Assembly: GCF_046119375.1 (NCBI RefSeq)
Contig: NW_027362765.1
Location: 156,054,001-156,118,000, forward strand
DNA length: 64,000 bases
Direction of reading: 5' to 3'
Origin: Phyllobates terribilis
Lineage: Eukaryota
Part shown: piece by piece, positions 12,201-28,046 of the stretch
How the letters are laid out: each line of letters begins with the position of its first letter
Numbering within the stretch: the first letter of the stretch is position 1
The notes under the pieces: model-generated
Told to the model about the DNA's origin: nothing
Database searches by the model: none
What the model saw: the letters and a program-made list of their open reading frames with translations, nothing else
Position numbers and translations under genes: made by a program

Positions 12201-13407
12201 TCTTTACTTTCAGTTTGGAGATAATGACATGCTCGTGCTCCGGGGCGGCCTGTATCTGGTGCTCTGCTTACATATTCATCTGTATGCTCTTATGACAGCT
12301 CACTGTACCTTCACTGACCTGCCTCCTATTTTACATAATTCATCTAGTAGTGTGGGGCTAGGTAAAATAGGAGGCAGGTCAGTGAAGGCACAGTGAGCTG
12401 TCATAAGAGCATACAGATGAATATGTAAGCAGAGCACCAGATACAGGCCGCCCCGGAGCACGAGCATGTCATTATCTCCAAACTGAAAGTAAAGATTACA
12501 CAAGAACCACAGGACGGATTTCATCAACCAAGGTATCATATTAATCAGTGTAATGGCGCCCACCTGACAGTGTATGTAGTTTACTGAGCACAGTCCTGCT
12601 GACAGGTGCGCTTTCAGAGGTCACAGGTATCTCAGCGCGGTTGTCACTTCAGTCCCCAGCCGTACCCACATACCCACTGCTGGACTTACACTTTTCCTAG
12701 GACTGTGTTTTCTTTGCTGCGTCCATACATGTCTATATCCTTGTATGCTGATGATGGCGGTGCACACCTCACTACATGCTGCTGGTCTCCTAGTGTGTGA
12801 GCTCCCCCTTTGCATCCCACAGACCAGCCTGTGTGACTCCACCCTTACGTGGCGGACTGTCTGATGTCGCTCAATTACTGGGGTCTCTGTGGTGACCCGG
12901 CGTGTACCTATGAGCCCGCGGATCTCTGATGACCTGTGATACCTGCCTCCACCAGATCCTTCCGGGGGCGCAGCATCAGGAGCGGCTTGCTGAGCCGTAT
13001 GGAGCACAGGCCTCCGCGCCCTTCGTAAGAACAGACCCCGGCACACCTACAAGACAGAATATACAGATCACATCCTGGCAGTGAGGGGTTAAAGGGTCGC
13101 AGTCTGCTGCACTGCATGCTGGGATTTGTAGTGTCACCGCTCCGTACAGCGTCATCCTGTGGCTCCACTTCACCTCCACCCCCGCCAGCTTCCCCCAGAA
13201 AAACATCTGATTAAACTGCAGGAACAGCTCATGGACATTGGGGCTGGGGTCCAGCAGCTCCCAGGACGGGTCCACTACGGCCATGAGAGGGGGGTGCGTG
13301 GCGGGGCCATGACTGCCGGTTGCCTTGGGGCGCTGCCGGTCCCCGGCCTCCTCCCGGTCGTACTGCCTCTGCAGCTGGAGCGCCAGTAACAGATCCGCGT
13401 CCATCAT
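9216..13407 (-). CDS. SPRTN: SPRTN DNA-protein crosslink metalloprotease, ~468 aa; exons 13407-13148, 13046-12947, 11613-11485, 11144-10877, 9865-9216
   Basis: SprT domain with HEMIH (HExxH), CAGVCSY, zinc-binding subdomain (CNGPC...HQRTC), SHP box FSGTGYKLG, C-terminal UBZ4 CPVC...HLDNC. Exons of 260+100+129+268+650 = 1407 nt join in frame without stops; intron 2 needs a GC donor. Confidence 0.96.
10303..10502. mobile_element. 200-bp MITE derived from the Tc1 family at 36283 and 45601
   Basis: TA|CAGTACAGACCAAA.ATTTGGACAC ... GTGTCCAAACTTTTGGCCTGTACTG|TA; left and right TIR parts joined at TTTCA. Confidence 0.9.
11979..12060. repeat. 32-bp tandem repeat, ~2.5 copies
   Basis: GTGACGACGGTACACGGGCAGCCTAATGTGTA repeated. 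Confidence 0.85.
12092..12604. mobile_element. Foldback MITE, ~240-bp near-perfect arms, T2-like with eroded ends
   Basis: 12092-12334 is the reverse complement of 12362-12604; both strands give the same spurious peptide MIPWLMKSVLWFLCN. Confidence 0.85.
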
Positions 13408-13640
13408 TCTTCCGCCATAACAAAACTTCCTAACGGCTGAAGCAATGATTGGCAAGCCCCTCCCATAAGAGTCACATGACCCAGAGCGGCGGTGTGAAAC
13501 TTCCGTCTTGCACGGATGACGTCACGCTAGGCAGCCTCCTCAGTCGCAGTCTTGGTGACGCCACGCCTTCCTGAGTCGGGTGGTCTGGATTGGGACTGTC
13601 AGGACCCCAGCGGTGGCCGGCGGTGAGTGACGTCATGTCT
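13408..13640. promoter_or_regulatory. Bidirectional CpG-rich promoter between SPRTN and TMUB2
   Basis: ATTGG (CCAAT) ~13448-13452, GTCACATGAC E-box/CLEAR-like 13471-13480, ETS-like ACTTCCG ~13499-13505, full CRE TGACGTCA at 13517-13524 and 13628-13635, between divergent gene starts. Confidence 0.7.
13530..13622 (+). other. TMUB2: Probable non-coding first exon of TMUB2 (5' boundary approximate)
   Basis: Strong donor CG|GTGAGT at 13623 in CpG-rich sequence; the first coding exon has an upstream acceptor and so needs an upstream exon. No transcript evidence available. Confidence 0.6.
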
Positions 13641-13779
13641 TGCCCCCATCGCCGACGTCATGTTGTGGTCAGCTGCTCGCGGGTGACGGCAGTGCTGCGC
13701 TGTCGGGACATGCCCTGTTATGTGACAGTAAACATGACGCTGGGTGGCTGCCCTGCGGGGAAAGCTGGATACAGGCTCC

Positions 13780-16700
13780 TGCAGACAGTACACAGGGGGC
13801 CGATATAGGGGGCACATGGTGCAGACAGTACACAGGGGGCCGATATAGGGGGCACATGGTGCAGAGAGTACACAGGGGGCCGATATAGGGGGCACATGGT
13901 GCAGAGAGTACACAGGGGGCCGATATAGGGGGCACATGGTGCAGAGAGTACACAGGGGGCCGATATAGGGGGCACATGGTGCAGAGAGTACACAGGGGGC
14001 CGATATAGGGGGCACATGGTGCAGAGAGTACACAGGGGGCCGATATAGGGGGCACATGGTGCAGAGAGTACACAGGGGGCCGATATAGGGGGCACATGGT
14101 GCAGAGAGTACACAGGGGGCCGATATAGGGGGCACATGGTGCAGAGAGTACACAGGGGGCCGATATAGGGGGCACATGGTGCAGAGAGTACACAGGGGGC
14201 TGATATAGGGGGCACATGGTGCAGAGAGTACACAGGGGGCCGATATAGGGGGCACATGGTGCAGAGAGTACACAGGGGGGCGATATAGGGGGCACATGGT
14301 GCAGAGAGTACACAGGGGGCTGATATAGGGGGCACATGGTGCAGAGAGTACACAGGGGGCTGATATAGGGGGCACATGGTGCAGAGAGTACACAGGGGGC
14401 CGATATAGGGGGCACATGGTGCAGAGAGTACACAGGGGGCCGATATAGGGGGCACATGGTGCAGAGAGTACACAGGGGGCCGATATAGGGGGCACATGGT
14501 GCAGAGAGGAGTACACAGGGGGCCGATATAGGGGGCACATGGTGCAGAGAGGAGTACACAGGGGGCCGATATAGGGGGCACATGGTGCAGAGAGGAGTAC
14601 ACAGGGGGCCGATATAGGGGGCACATGGTGCAGAGAGGAGTACACAGGGGGCCGATATAGGGGGCACATGGTGCAGAGAGGAGTACACAGGGGGCCGATA
14701 TAGGGGGCACATGGTGCAGAGAGGAGTACACAGGGGGCCGATATAGGGGGCACATGGTGCAGAGAGGAGTACACAGGGGGCCGATATAGGGGGCACATGG
14801 TGCAGAGAGGAGTACACAGGGGGCACATGGTGCAGAGAGGAGTACACAGGGGGCCGATATAGGGGGCACATGGTGCAGAGAGGAGTACACAGGGGGCCGA
14901 TATAGGGGGCACATGGTGCAGAGAGGAGTACACAGGGGGCCGATATAGGGGGCACATGGTGCAGAGAGGAGTACACAGGGGGCCGATATAGGGGGCACAT
15001 GGTGCAGAGAGGAGTACACAGGGGGCCGATATAGGGGGCACATGGTGCAGAGAGGAGTACACAGGGGGCCGATATAGGGGGCACATGGTGCAGAGAGGAG
15101 TACACAGGGGGCCGATATAGGGGGCACATGGTGCAGAGAGGAGTACACAGGGGGCCGATATAGGGGGCACATGGTGCAGAGAGGAGTACACAGGGGGCCG
15201 ATATAGGGGGCACATGGTGCAGAGAGGAGTACACAGGGGGCCGATATAGGGGGCACATGGTGCAGAGAGGAGTACACAGGGGGCCGATATAGGGGGCACA
15301 TGGTGCAGAGAGGAGTACACAGGGGGCCGATATAGGGGGCACATGGTGCAGAGAGGAGTACACAGGGGGCCGATATAGGGGGCACATGGTGCAGAGAGGA
15401 GTACACAGGGGGCCGATATAGGGGGCACATGGTGCAGAGAGTACACAGGGGGCCGATATAGGGGGCACATGGTGCAGAGAGGAGTACACAGGGGGCCGAT
15501 ATAGGGGGCACATGGTGCAGAGAGGAGTACACAGGGGGCCGATATAGGGGGCACATGGTGCAGAGAGGAGTACACAGGGGGCCGATATAGGGGGCACATG
15601 GTGCAGAGAGGAGTACACAGGGGGCCGATATAGGGGGCACATGGTGCAGAGAGGAGTACACAGGGGGCCGATATAGGGGGCACATGGTGCAGAGAGGAGT
15701 ACACAGGGGGCCGATATAGGGGGCACATGGTGCAGAGAGGAGTACACAGGGGGCCGATATAGGGGGCACATGGTGCAGAGAGGAGTACACAGGGGGCCGA
15801 TATAGGGGGCACATGGTGCAGAGAGGAGTACACAGGGGGCCGATATAGGGGGCACATGGTGCAGAGAGGAGTACACAGGGGGCCGATATAGGGGGCACAT
15901 GGTGCAGAGAGGAGTACACAGGGGGCCGATATAGGGGGCACATGGTGCAGAGAGGAGTACACAGGGGGCCGATATAGGGGGCACATGGTGCAGAGAGGAG
16001 TACACAGGGGGCCGATATAGGGGGCACATGGTGCAGAGAGGAGTACACAGGGGGCCGATATAGGGGGCACATGGTGCAGAGAGGAGTACACAGGGGGCCG
16101 ATATAGGGGGCACATGGTGCAGAGAGGAGTACACAGGGGGCCGATATAGGGGGCACATGGTGCAGAGAGGAGTACACAGGGGGCCGATATAGGGGGCACA
16201 TGGTGCAGAGAGGAGTACACAGGGGGCCGATATAGGGGGCACATGGTGCAGAGAGGAGTACACAGGGGGCCGATATAGGGGGCACATGGTGCAGAGAGGA
16301 GTACACAGGGGGCCGATATAGGGGGCACATGGTGCAGAGAGGAGTACACAGGGGGCCGATATAGGGGGCACATGGTGCAGAGAGGAGTACACAGGGGGCC
16401 GATATAGGGGGCACATGGTGCAGAGAGGAGTACACAGGGGGCCGATATAGGGGGCACATGGTGCAGAGAGGAGTACACAGGGGGCCGATATAGGGGGCAC
16501 ATGGTGCAGAGAGTACACAGGGGGCCGATATAGGGGGCACATGGTGCAGAGAGTACACAGGGGGCCGATATAGGGGGCACATGGTGCAGAGAGTACACAG
16601 GGGGCCGATATAGGGGGCACATGGTGCAGAGAGGAGTACACAGGGGGCCGATATAGGGGGCACATGGTGCAGAGAGGAGTACACAGGGGGCCGATATAGG

Positions 16701-19700
16701 GGGCACATGGTGCAGAGAGGAGTACACAGGGGGCCGATATAGGGGGCACATGGTGCAGAGAGGAGTACACAGGGGGCCGATATAGGGGGCACATGGTGCA
16801 GAGAGGAGTACACAGGGGGCCGATATAGGGGGCACATGGTGCAGAGAGGAGTACACAGGGGGCCGATATAGGGGGCACATGGTGCAGAGAGTACACAGGG
16901 GGCCGATATAGGGGGCACATGGTGCAGAGAGTACACAGGGGGCCGATATAGGGGGCACATGGTGCAGAGAGGAGTACACAGGGGGCCGATATAGGGGGCA
17001 CATGGTGCAGAGAGGAGTACACAGGGGGCCGATATAGGGGGCACATGGTGCAGAGAGGAGTACACAGGGGGCCGATATAGGGGGCACATGGTGCAGAGAG
17101 GAGTACACAGGGGGCCGATATAGGGGGCACATGGTGCAGAGAGGAGTACACAGGGGGCCGATATAGGGGGCACATGGTGCAGAGAGGAGTACACAGGGGG
17201 CCGATATAGGGGGCACATGGTGCAGAGAGGAGTACACAGGGGGCCGATATAGGGGGCACATGGTGCAGAGAGGAGTACACAGGGGGCCGATATAGGGGGC
17301 ACATGGTGCAGAGAGGAGTACACAGGGGGCCGATATAGGGGGCACATGGTGCAGAGAGGAGTACACAGGGGGCCGATATAGGGGGCGCATGGTGCAGAGA
17401 GGAGTACACAGGGGGCCGATATAGGGGGCGCATGGTGCAGAGAGGAGTACACAGGGGGCCGATATAGGGGGCGCATGGTGCAGAGAGGAGTACACAGGGG
17501 GCCGATGTAGGGGGCGCATGGTGCAGAGAGGAGTACACAGGGGGCCGATGTAGGGGGCGCATGGTGCAGAGAGGAGTACACAGGGGGCCGATGTAGGGGG
17601 CGCATGGTGCAGAGAGGAGTACACAGGGGGCCGATGTAGGGGGCGCATGGTGCAGAGAGGAGTACACAGGGGGCCGATGTAGGGGGCGCATGGTGCAGAG
17701 AGGAGTACACAGGGGGCCGATGTAGGGGGCGCATGGTGCAGAGAGGAGTACACAGGGGGCCGATGTAGGGGGCGCATGGTGCAGAGAGGAGTACACAGGG
17801 GGCCGATGTAGGGGGCGCATGGTGCAGAGAGGAGTACACAGGGGGCCGATGTAGGGGGCGCATGGTGCAGAGAGGAGTACACAGGGGGCCGATGTAGGGG
17901 GCGCATGGTGCAGAGAGGAGTACACAGGGGGCCGATGTAGGGGGCGCATGGTGCAGAGAGGAGTACACAGGGGGCCGATGTAGGGGGCGCATGGTGCAGA
18001 GAGGAGTACACAGGGGGCCGATGTAGGGGGCGCATGGTGCAGAGAGGAGTACACAGGGGGCCGATGTAGGGGGCGCATGGTGCAGAGAGGAGTACACAGG
18101 GGGCCGATGTAGGGGGCGCATGGTGCAGAGAGGAGTACACAGGGGGCCGATGTAGGGGGCGCATGGTGCAGAGAGGAGTACACAGGGGGCCGATGTAGGG
18201 GGCGCATGGTGCAGAGAGGAGTACACAGGGGGCCGATGTAGGGGGCGCATGGTGCAGAGAGGAGTACACAGGGGGCCGATGTAGGGGGCGCATGGTGCAG
18301 AGAGGAGTACACAGGGGGCCGATGTAGGGGGCGCATGGTGCAGAGAGGAGTACACAGGGGGCCGATGTAGGGGGCGCATGGTGCAGAGAGGAGTACACAG
18401 GGGGCCGATGTAGGGGGCGCATGGTGCAGAGAGGAGTACACAGGGGGCCGATGTAGGGGGCGCATGGTGCAGAGAGGAGTACACAGGGGGCCGATGTAGG
18501 GGGCGCATGGTGCAGAGAGGAGTACACAGGGGGCCGATGTAGGGGGCGCATGGTGCAGAGAGGAGTACACAGGGGGCCGATGTAGGGGGCGCATGGTGCA
18601 GAGAGGAGTACACAGGGGGCCGATGTAGGGGGCGCATGGTGCAGAGAGGAGTACACAGGGGGCCGATGTAGGGGGCGCATGGTGCAGAGAGGAGTACACA
18701 GGGGGCCGATGTAGGGGGCGCATGGTGCAGAGAGGAGTACACAGGGGGCCGATGTAGGGGGCGCATGGTGCAGAGAGGAGTACACAGGGGGCCGATGTAG
18801 GGGGCGCATGGTGCAGAGAGTACACAGGAGGCGGATATAGGGGGCCGATATAGGGGGCACATGGTGCAGAGAGGAGTACACAGGGGGCCGATATAGGGGG
18901 CGCATGGTACAGAGAGTACACAGGAGGCGGATATAGGGGGCCGATATAGGGGGCCGATATAGGGGGCACATGGTGCAGAGAGGAGTACACAGGGGGCCGA
19001 TATAGGGGGCGCATGGTGCAGAGAGGAGTACACAGGGGGCCGATATAGGGGGCGCATGGTGCAGAGAGGAGTACACAGGGGGCCGATATAGGGGGCGCAT
19101 GGTGCAGAGAGTACACAGGGGGCCGATATAGGGGGCGCATGGTGCAGAGAGTACACAGGGGGCCGATATAGGGGGCGCATGGTGCAGAGAGTACACAGGG
19201 GGCCGATATAGGGGGCGCATGGTGCAGAGAGTACACAGGGGGCCGATATAGGGAGCGCATGGTACAGAGAGTACACAGGAGGCGGATATAGGGGGCCGAT
19301 ATAGGGGGCGCATGGTGCAGAGAGTACACAGGGGGCCGATATTGGGGGTTCGCATGGTGCAGAGAGTACACTGGGGGCCGATATAGGGGGCGCATGGTGC
19401 AGAGAGTACACAGGAGGCGGATATAGGGGGCCGATATAGGGGGCACATGGTGCAGAGAGGAGTACACAGGGGGCCGATATAGGGGGCGCATGGTGCAGAG
19501 AGGAGTACACAGGGGGCCGATATAGGGGGCGCATGGTGCAGAGAGGAGTACACAGGGGGCCGATATAGGGGGCGCATGGTGCAGAGAGGAGTACACAGGG
19601 GGCCGATATAGGGGGCGCATGGTGCAGAGAGTACACAGGGGGCCGATATAGGGGGCGCATGGTGCAGAGAGTACACAGGGGGCCGATATAGGGAGCGCAT

Positions 19701-21180
19701 GGTACAGAGAGTACACAGGAGGCGGATATAGGGGGCCGATATAGGGGGCGCATGCTGCAGAGAGTACACAGGGGGCCGATATAGGGGGCGCATGGTGCAG
19801 AGAGTACACAGGGGGCCGATATAGGGAGCGCATGGTGCAGAGAGTACACAGGAGGCGGATATAGGGGGCCGATATAGGGGGCGCATGGTGCAGAGAGTAC
19901 ACAGGGGGCCGATATAGGGGGCGCATGGTGCAGAGAGTACACTGGGGGCCGATATAGGGGGCGCATGGTGCAGAGAGTACACAGGGGGCCGATATGGGGG
20001 GCGCATGGTGCAGTGAGTACACTGGGGGCCGATATAGGGGGCGCATGGTGCAGAGAGTACACAGGGGGCCGATATAGGGGGCACATGGTGCAGAGAGTAC
20101 ACAGGGGGCCGATATAGGGGGCGCATGGTGCAGAGAGTACACTGGGGGCCGATATAGGGGGCGCATGGTGCAGAGAGTACACAGGGGGCCGATATAGGGG
20201 GCGCATGGTGCAGAGAGTACACTGGGGGCCGATATAGGGGGCGCATGGTGCAGAGAGTACACTGGGGGCCGATATAGGGGGCGCATGGTGCAGAGAGTAC
20301 ACTGAGGGCCGATATAGGGGGCGCATGGTGCAGAGAGTACACAGGGGGCCGATATAGGGGGCGCATGGTGCAGAGAGTACACTGGGGGCCGATATAGGGG
20401 GCGCATGGTGCAGAGAGTACACAGGGGGCCGATATAGGGGGCGCATGGTGCAGAGAGTACACTGGGGGCCGATATAGGGGGCGCATGGTGCAGAGAGTAC
20501 ACAGGGGGCCGATATAGGTGGCACATGGTACAGAGAGTACACAGGGGGCCGATATAGGGGGCGCATGGTGCAGAGAGTACACAGGAGGCCAATGGTGCAG
20601 AGTGTACACAGGGGGCAGATATAGGGGGCACATGGTGCAGAGAGTATACAGGGGGTGGATATAGGGGGCACTTGGTGCAGAGAGTATACAGGGGGTGGAT
20701 ATAGGGGGCACTTGGTGCAGAGAGTACACAGGGGGTGGATATAGGGGGCACTTGGTGCAGAGAGTACACAGGGGGTGGATATAGGGGGCACTTGGTGCAG
20801 AGAGTACACAGGGGGTGGATATAGGGGGCATTTGGTGCAGAGAGTACACAGGGGGCGGATATAGGGGGCACATGGTGCAGAGAGTACATAGAGGGCACTT
20901 GGTGCAGAGAGTACACAGGGGGTGGCTATAGGGGGCACTTGGTGCAGAGAGTACACAGGGGGCGGATATAGGGGGCACATGGTGCAGAGAGTACATAGAG
21001 GGCACTTGGTGCAGAGAGTACACAGGGGGCCGATATAGGGGGCACTTGGTGCAGAGAGTACACAGGGGGCCGATATAGGGGGCACTTGGTGCAGAGAGTA
21101 CACAGGGGGCCGATATAGGGGGCACTTGGTGCAGAGAGTACACAGTGGGCGGATATAGGGGGCACATGGTGCAGAGAGTA
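13780..21180. repeat. Minisatellite array, 35/38-bp unit GATATAGGGGGCACATGGTGCAGAGAG(GAG)TACACAGGGGGCC, roughly 200 copies
   Basis: Direct reading of the tandem units; copy number estimated from length divided by unit size. Confidence 0.99.
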
Positions 21181-21400
21181 ACAATAGAAATCAGTGGGCA
21201 ACCTGCAATGTGTGGGGGCATGTCTCCTCCATGATGAGCTCCTTATACAGGTAGAAGCCACTGGACTTGCCAATATGTCCCAGGCAGCAAGAAGAAATTC
21301 CCTTGATTTTAGGGTAGTGTGGATCTTGTGGTGCCTCATGAAAGTTAAATGAAATGTTTTGATTTAATACAATTTTCCCTTTTTCCAATAGGACACGGGC

Positions 21401-24473
<3,073 letters not shown>

Positions 24474-26199
24474 GAAAGAGACTGGGCAATATGGGCACAG
24501 GAACATTGAACTTTTGTGTAGAATTACTCTATGGGATGAAGCAAGAAAGCCTCTGATATGTATTCTGTATCGGGTTTGCCAGTACCGCAATCAGACGTAA
24601 TCTGGCGGTACGGAGTATGGTTTTATGCGGTATAAAATTATTGTGCGGTATCAGATATGCCTATTATCATGGTGCCCCGATCTGTCCCTAAAGGCTTGTT
24701 ATCAGCTCCATATAATGCCATACATCACCCCACAATCTTTAAGACGCAATGCAGGCATTGATGTCACCGCTGTGCTACAGAGAAAGGAAAGATTTTCTAT
24801 CTAGCAGGCAGTGCCCCTTAGACATGATGCCACCTCCAGAAAAGAGGGCGACATACTCTTCTGGAAGTAGGACACCTGTAAAGGAGGTATCCTGGTCATG
24901 AAGCAATACTTAGACCATCTATTACAATGTACCACCTTAAGAGTCAGGTTCAGACTATGATGTCTGCTGCTCACACAGGATCTTAACTTCTTTTCCACAT
25001 CTTGTATGAAATTGGGATGATGCATGTTAGCGTTGAGCAAACCACAGATTTTGGGAATTGTGTGCATGTCGTGATGCACTTTTTTTTTTTTAAGATCCAT
25101 ACAGTTTTTATTTTAGCAGTATCTGCACCTCATCTCATTGAGAAGACTTCTATGGGAGGATAAGTCATCTTAAAGGCACTCCATCCCCAGGTAGTCCTCA
25201 TCTTTGAGTGATGTACCATGGATTCTTCAGGGTTGTGGGGTGGTCCTTAAATAAAGCCTTGTGATCTTGGTATCGCCGGCCAGAGTCCGTCAGTGAAGTG
25301 TCTTACAATCCAAATCTTGTAACTATTTATCTGTGCCGTGTTGTTGATGGAGTAAAAATGCGGAGACCTGTAGATGTTTCCACAAGATAAGATGTGAGAT
25401 GAGAAGGTTGTATCGCTCCCAACAATAAAGGATGATTCTGCAGAGGGAAGGACACTGGAGAGGTTGATTATTTCAATCTGATTTTAAATATAAATCCACA
25501 GGGTTAATATATGAATGAATAAAATAATTTTGCTTCTTCATGAACTGGATTTGAGGGGTGAGAGCCTATTATTTATCTGTGGGGATTGTGTAGCTGTAAC
25601 AGTGTTGTCCAGCTTAGGCATCTGCCCCCATCTGACCTGTCTTACCAATCTATTGAGGAGCAGAGATGTTAAACACATGAATGCCCATTGGTGCCAGTAG
25701 ACGCCTTATAATGCTTCCGGGTGGGACACTTTTTAGGCCTCATTCATTGTGGCTTGGTCAGTGCATCAGTTTTTATCATCAGGATTTTTCTTGTGTGCCA
25801 CAAAAATTTGCAAATCTCCTACCATTACAATGTTATAAACACACAGCATCCATGTGCAGTCTGTGATTTGCATAGACTTGTGTGGGGGATTTTGACCCGT
25901 CACTTGGTCATATGAACAGCACCGTAAACTACAATGGATACATGTTCTATCCGTGAAGAACGTGGATGAGAATAAAACATGTACCAGCTTAGCTGCAAAT
26001 GACAGTGACATCAGCAAGACCATCCCAAAAAGGGGAATGCAGCTAGTAGCCACAGACAATTTCTCACTGTCTTCCTCACTGGTTCTTCTCCTTTTATCCC
26101 ATTTTGCTAGTGTCATTGTCCCTCCTGGTAGCATGAGATCGGTGCCTGCAGCCTGTTCAGGTTGCACAGATAGAGCGGTTCCTCCAGGATGGCACATCT

Positions 26200-27140
26200 A
26201 GACATGACATCACAGTAAGGTGGGCTGTGTCTCCCTGAAAAGTCTCAGGAGCATAGAACAGGTACCAGGACATGGGCCATTACCCAGGAGAGCCGGGCAG
26301 GGCTATAGAAGAGCCCTCAACCCATCAGCAGGGTCGGTATCTGATCCTATGTGAAAGGAGTAAAAGTAGGAGCACTGCAAGGGTCTTACAAAATGATTTC
26401 CAGCAGGCTACTAGTGTGCATATGTCTGACCAAACTGCCCTCCATGATAGTGGCATAAGGGCCCTATATCCTGTTATGGGACCTTTGCTCACAAGCCAGC
26501 ACCATGCAGCTTGATTGGCATACAGCAGAGAACACCAGACTTGGCCGGTCCACCATTGGCACCCTGTTCTTTTCATAGATGGAAACAAGTTCACACTGAG
26601 CACGTGACGGACTTTAAAGAGACTGGAGACTCCATTGCGGTCATTATATGGCCTGCAACATTATCCAGCATGATGGGTTGGTTGGTGGTTCAGTGATGGT
26701 TTTTGAGACATATTTTTGGAGAGTTGCACAAAACTCCACGTCATTGCCAATAGTGCCATGACTGTTATGTGACGGGATGAAATCCTCAGAGACATTGTCA
26801 CACCTTGTGCTGGTGCAGTGTGCCTCGGAGTCCTCCTCATGCCGCCAGTGTGCAGGCAGATCTTGGATGACGCAGGTGTTGATGCTATTGACTGGCCTTC
26901 ATGTTCTCCAGACCTGAATCTAATTGAGAACCTCTGCAACATTATGGACCAGTGAATCCAATGCACGCAAACCTGTCCAGGAGCTCACTGCTGCCGAGAT
27001 TTGTGATTCCCCAGGACTCCTGCCATGTGATAAGGACCATGGACTATGCCCAGTTATTGATGGGAGTATATGGGACAACAAATTACACACTATATCAGTA
27101 CAGATTTTCAACTTCAGTCTTTCGTTTGAGATCTAATGTG
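26200..27140 (+). mobile_element. Old Tc1 remnant (boundaries approximate)
   Basis: Decayed transposase motifs (PLLTSQHHAA*LAYSREHQTW, WPSCSPDLNLIENL). Confidence 0.6.
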
Positions 27141-27367
27141 TGATTTGTGTTAACCCTTAAAGGGCTTCTCCAGGAATAGGATTTTGTTTCCCTATCAATA
27201 TGAATACATTTCTAAACAATTAGCAAGTCACATTTGTTTAGTCTTGGGAAGTGCTTCCTAAATTTACATTTTTGAAACATTTTTTTACACTAACAAACTG
27301 CTCCTAGAATATTAATAGGACCAGAGCCTATGAGCTTGTGCAATAGAAAGCTCCACGGCTGTGACCT

Positions 27368-27492
27368 GGAGATGCCTATACCACATACTGTCACGCTATC
27401 TCTGGGTCACGAGATGCCTATACCACATACTGTCACGCTATCTCTGGGTCACGAGATGCCTATACTACATACTGTCACGCTATCTCTGGGTC
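27368..27492. repeat. 42-bp tandem repeat x3
   Basis: GAGATGCCTATACCACATACTGTCACGCTATCTCTGGGTCAC repeated. Confidence 0.9.
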
Positions 27493-28046
27493 ACAAAATT
27501 CTAGGACAGGTATCAGTGTAACAAGACTGCGGCCTTCTAATGTAATATAGTCGTTACCTCCCTAGATGATGTGATTTGTTAATTAAAAGTATTTAGGAAT
27601 TTAATCATAAATGACATCTCTCTCTATATATATAAAGTCTCAATTAGACCCAATGTTAAATCCAGATAAATATGTTATACCCATTAACACTACTGAGGCC
27701 TTGCCCAGCAGTCTAACCAATGTACAGTATTCATGCAGTGGCCATATCACCATTTCACCCCAATAACTCAACTTATTTGGCCTCTGTATGGATGGAGCTG
27801 TATGGATACATTTCATGTATACACCGGGAACCTTACAGGATGTCTAGTAGGCCATCATCTGTAGCTATAAATTTAGGATCCTGCTGATGCTTAAAAGGGA
27901 TGTTTTTACATATACAGTAGTGTTCAAAATAATAGCAGTATGTTCAAAAAAAAAATGTTAAGCACAAATCTTTATACTAGTTTTTATTTCCATGCATTGG
28001 GAACATTGCACACTGTTTTCTAATTCAAAATATGAAGAGAAATGTA

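Noticed and set aside
13780-21180. CRISPR-like array
   Set aside because: No unique spacers; units are head-to-tail; no cas genes; eukaryotic context.
13599-21221. Three ~2,400-2,540-aa ORFs as real giant proteins
   Set aside because: They are translations of a stop-free tandem repeat, the same peptide in all three frames, inside an intron of TMUB2.
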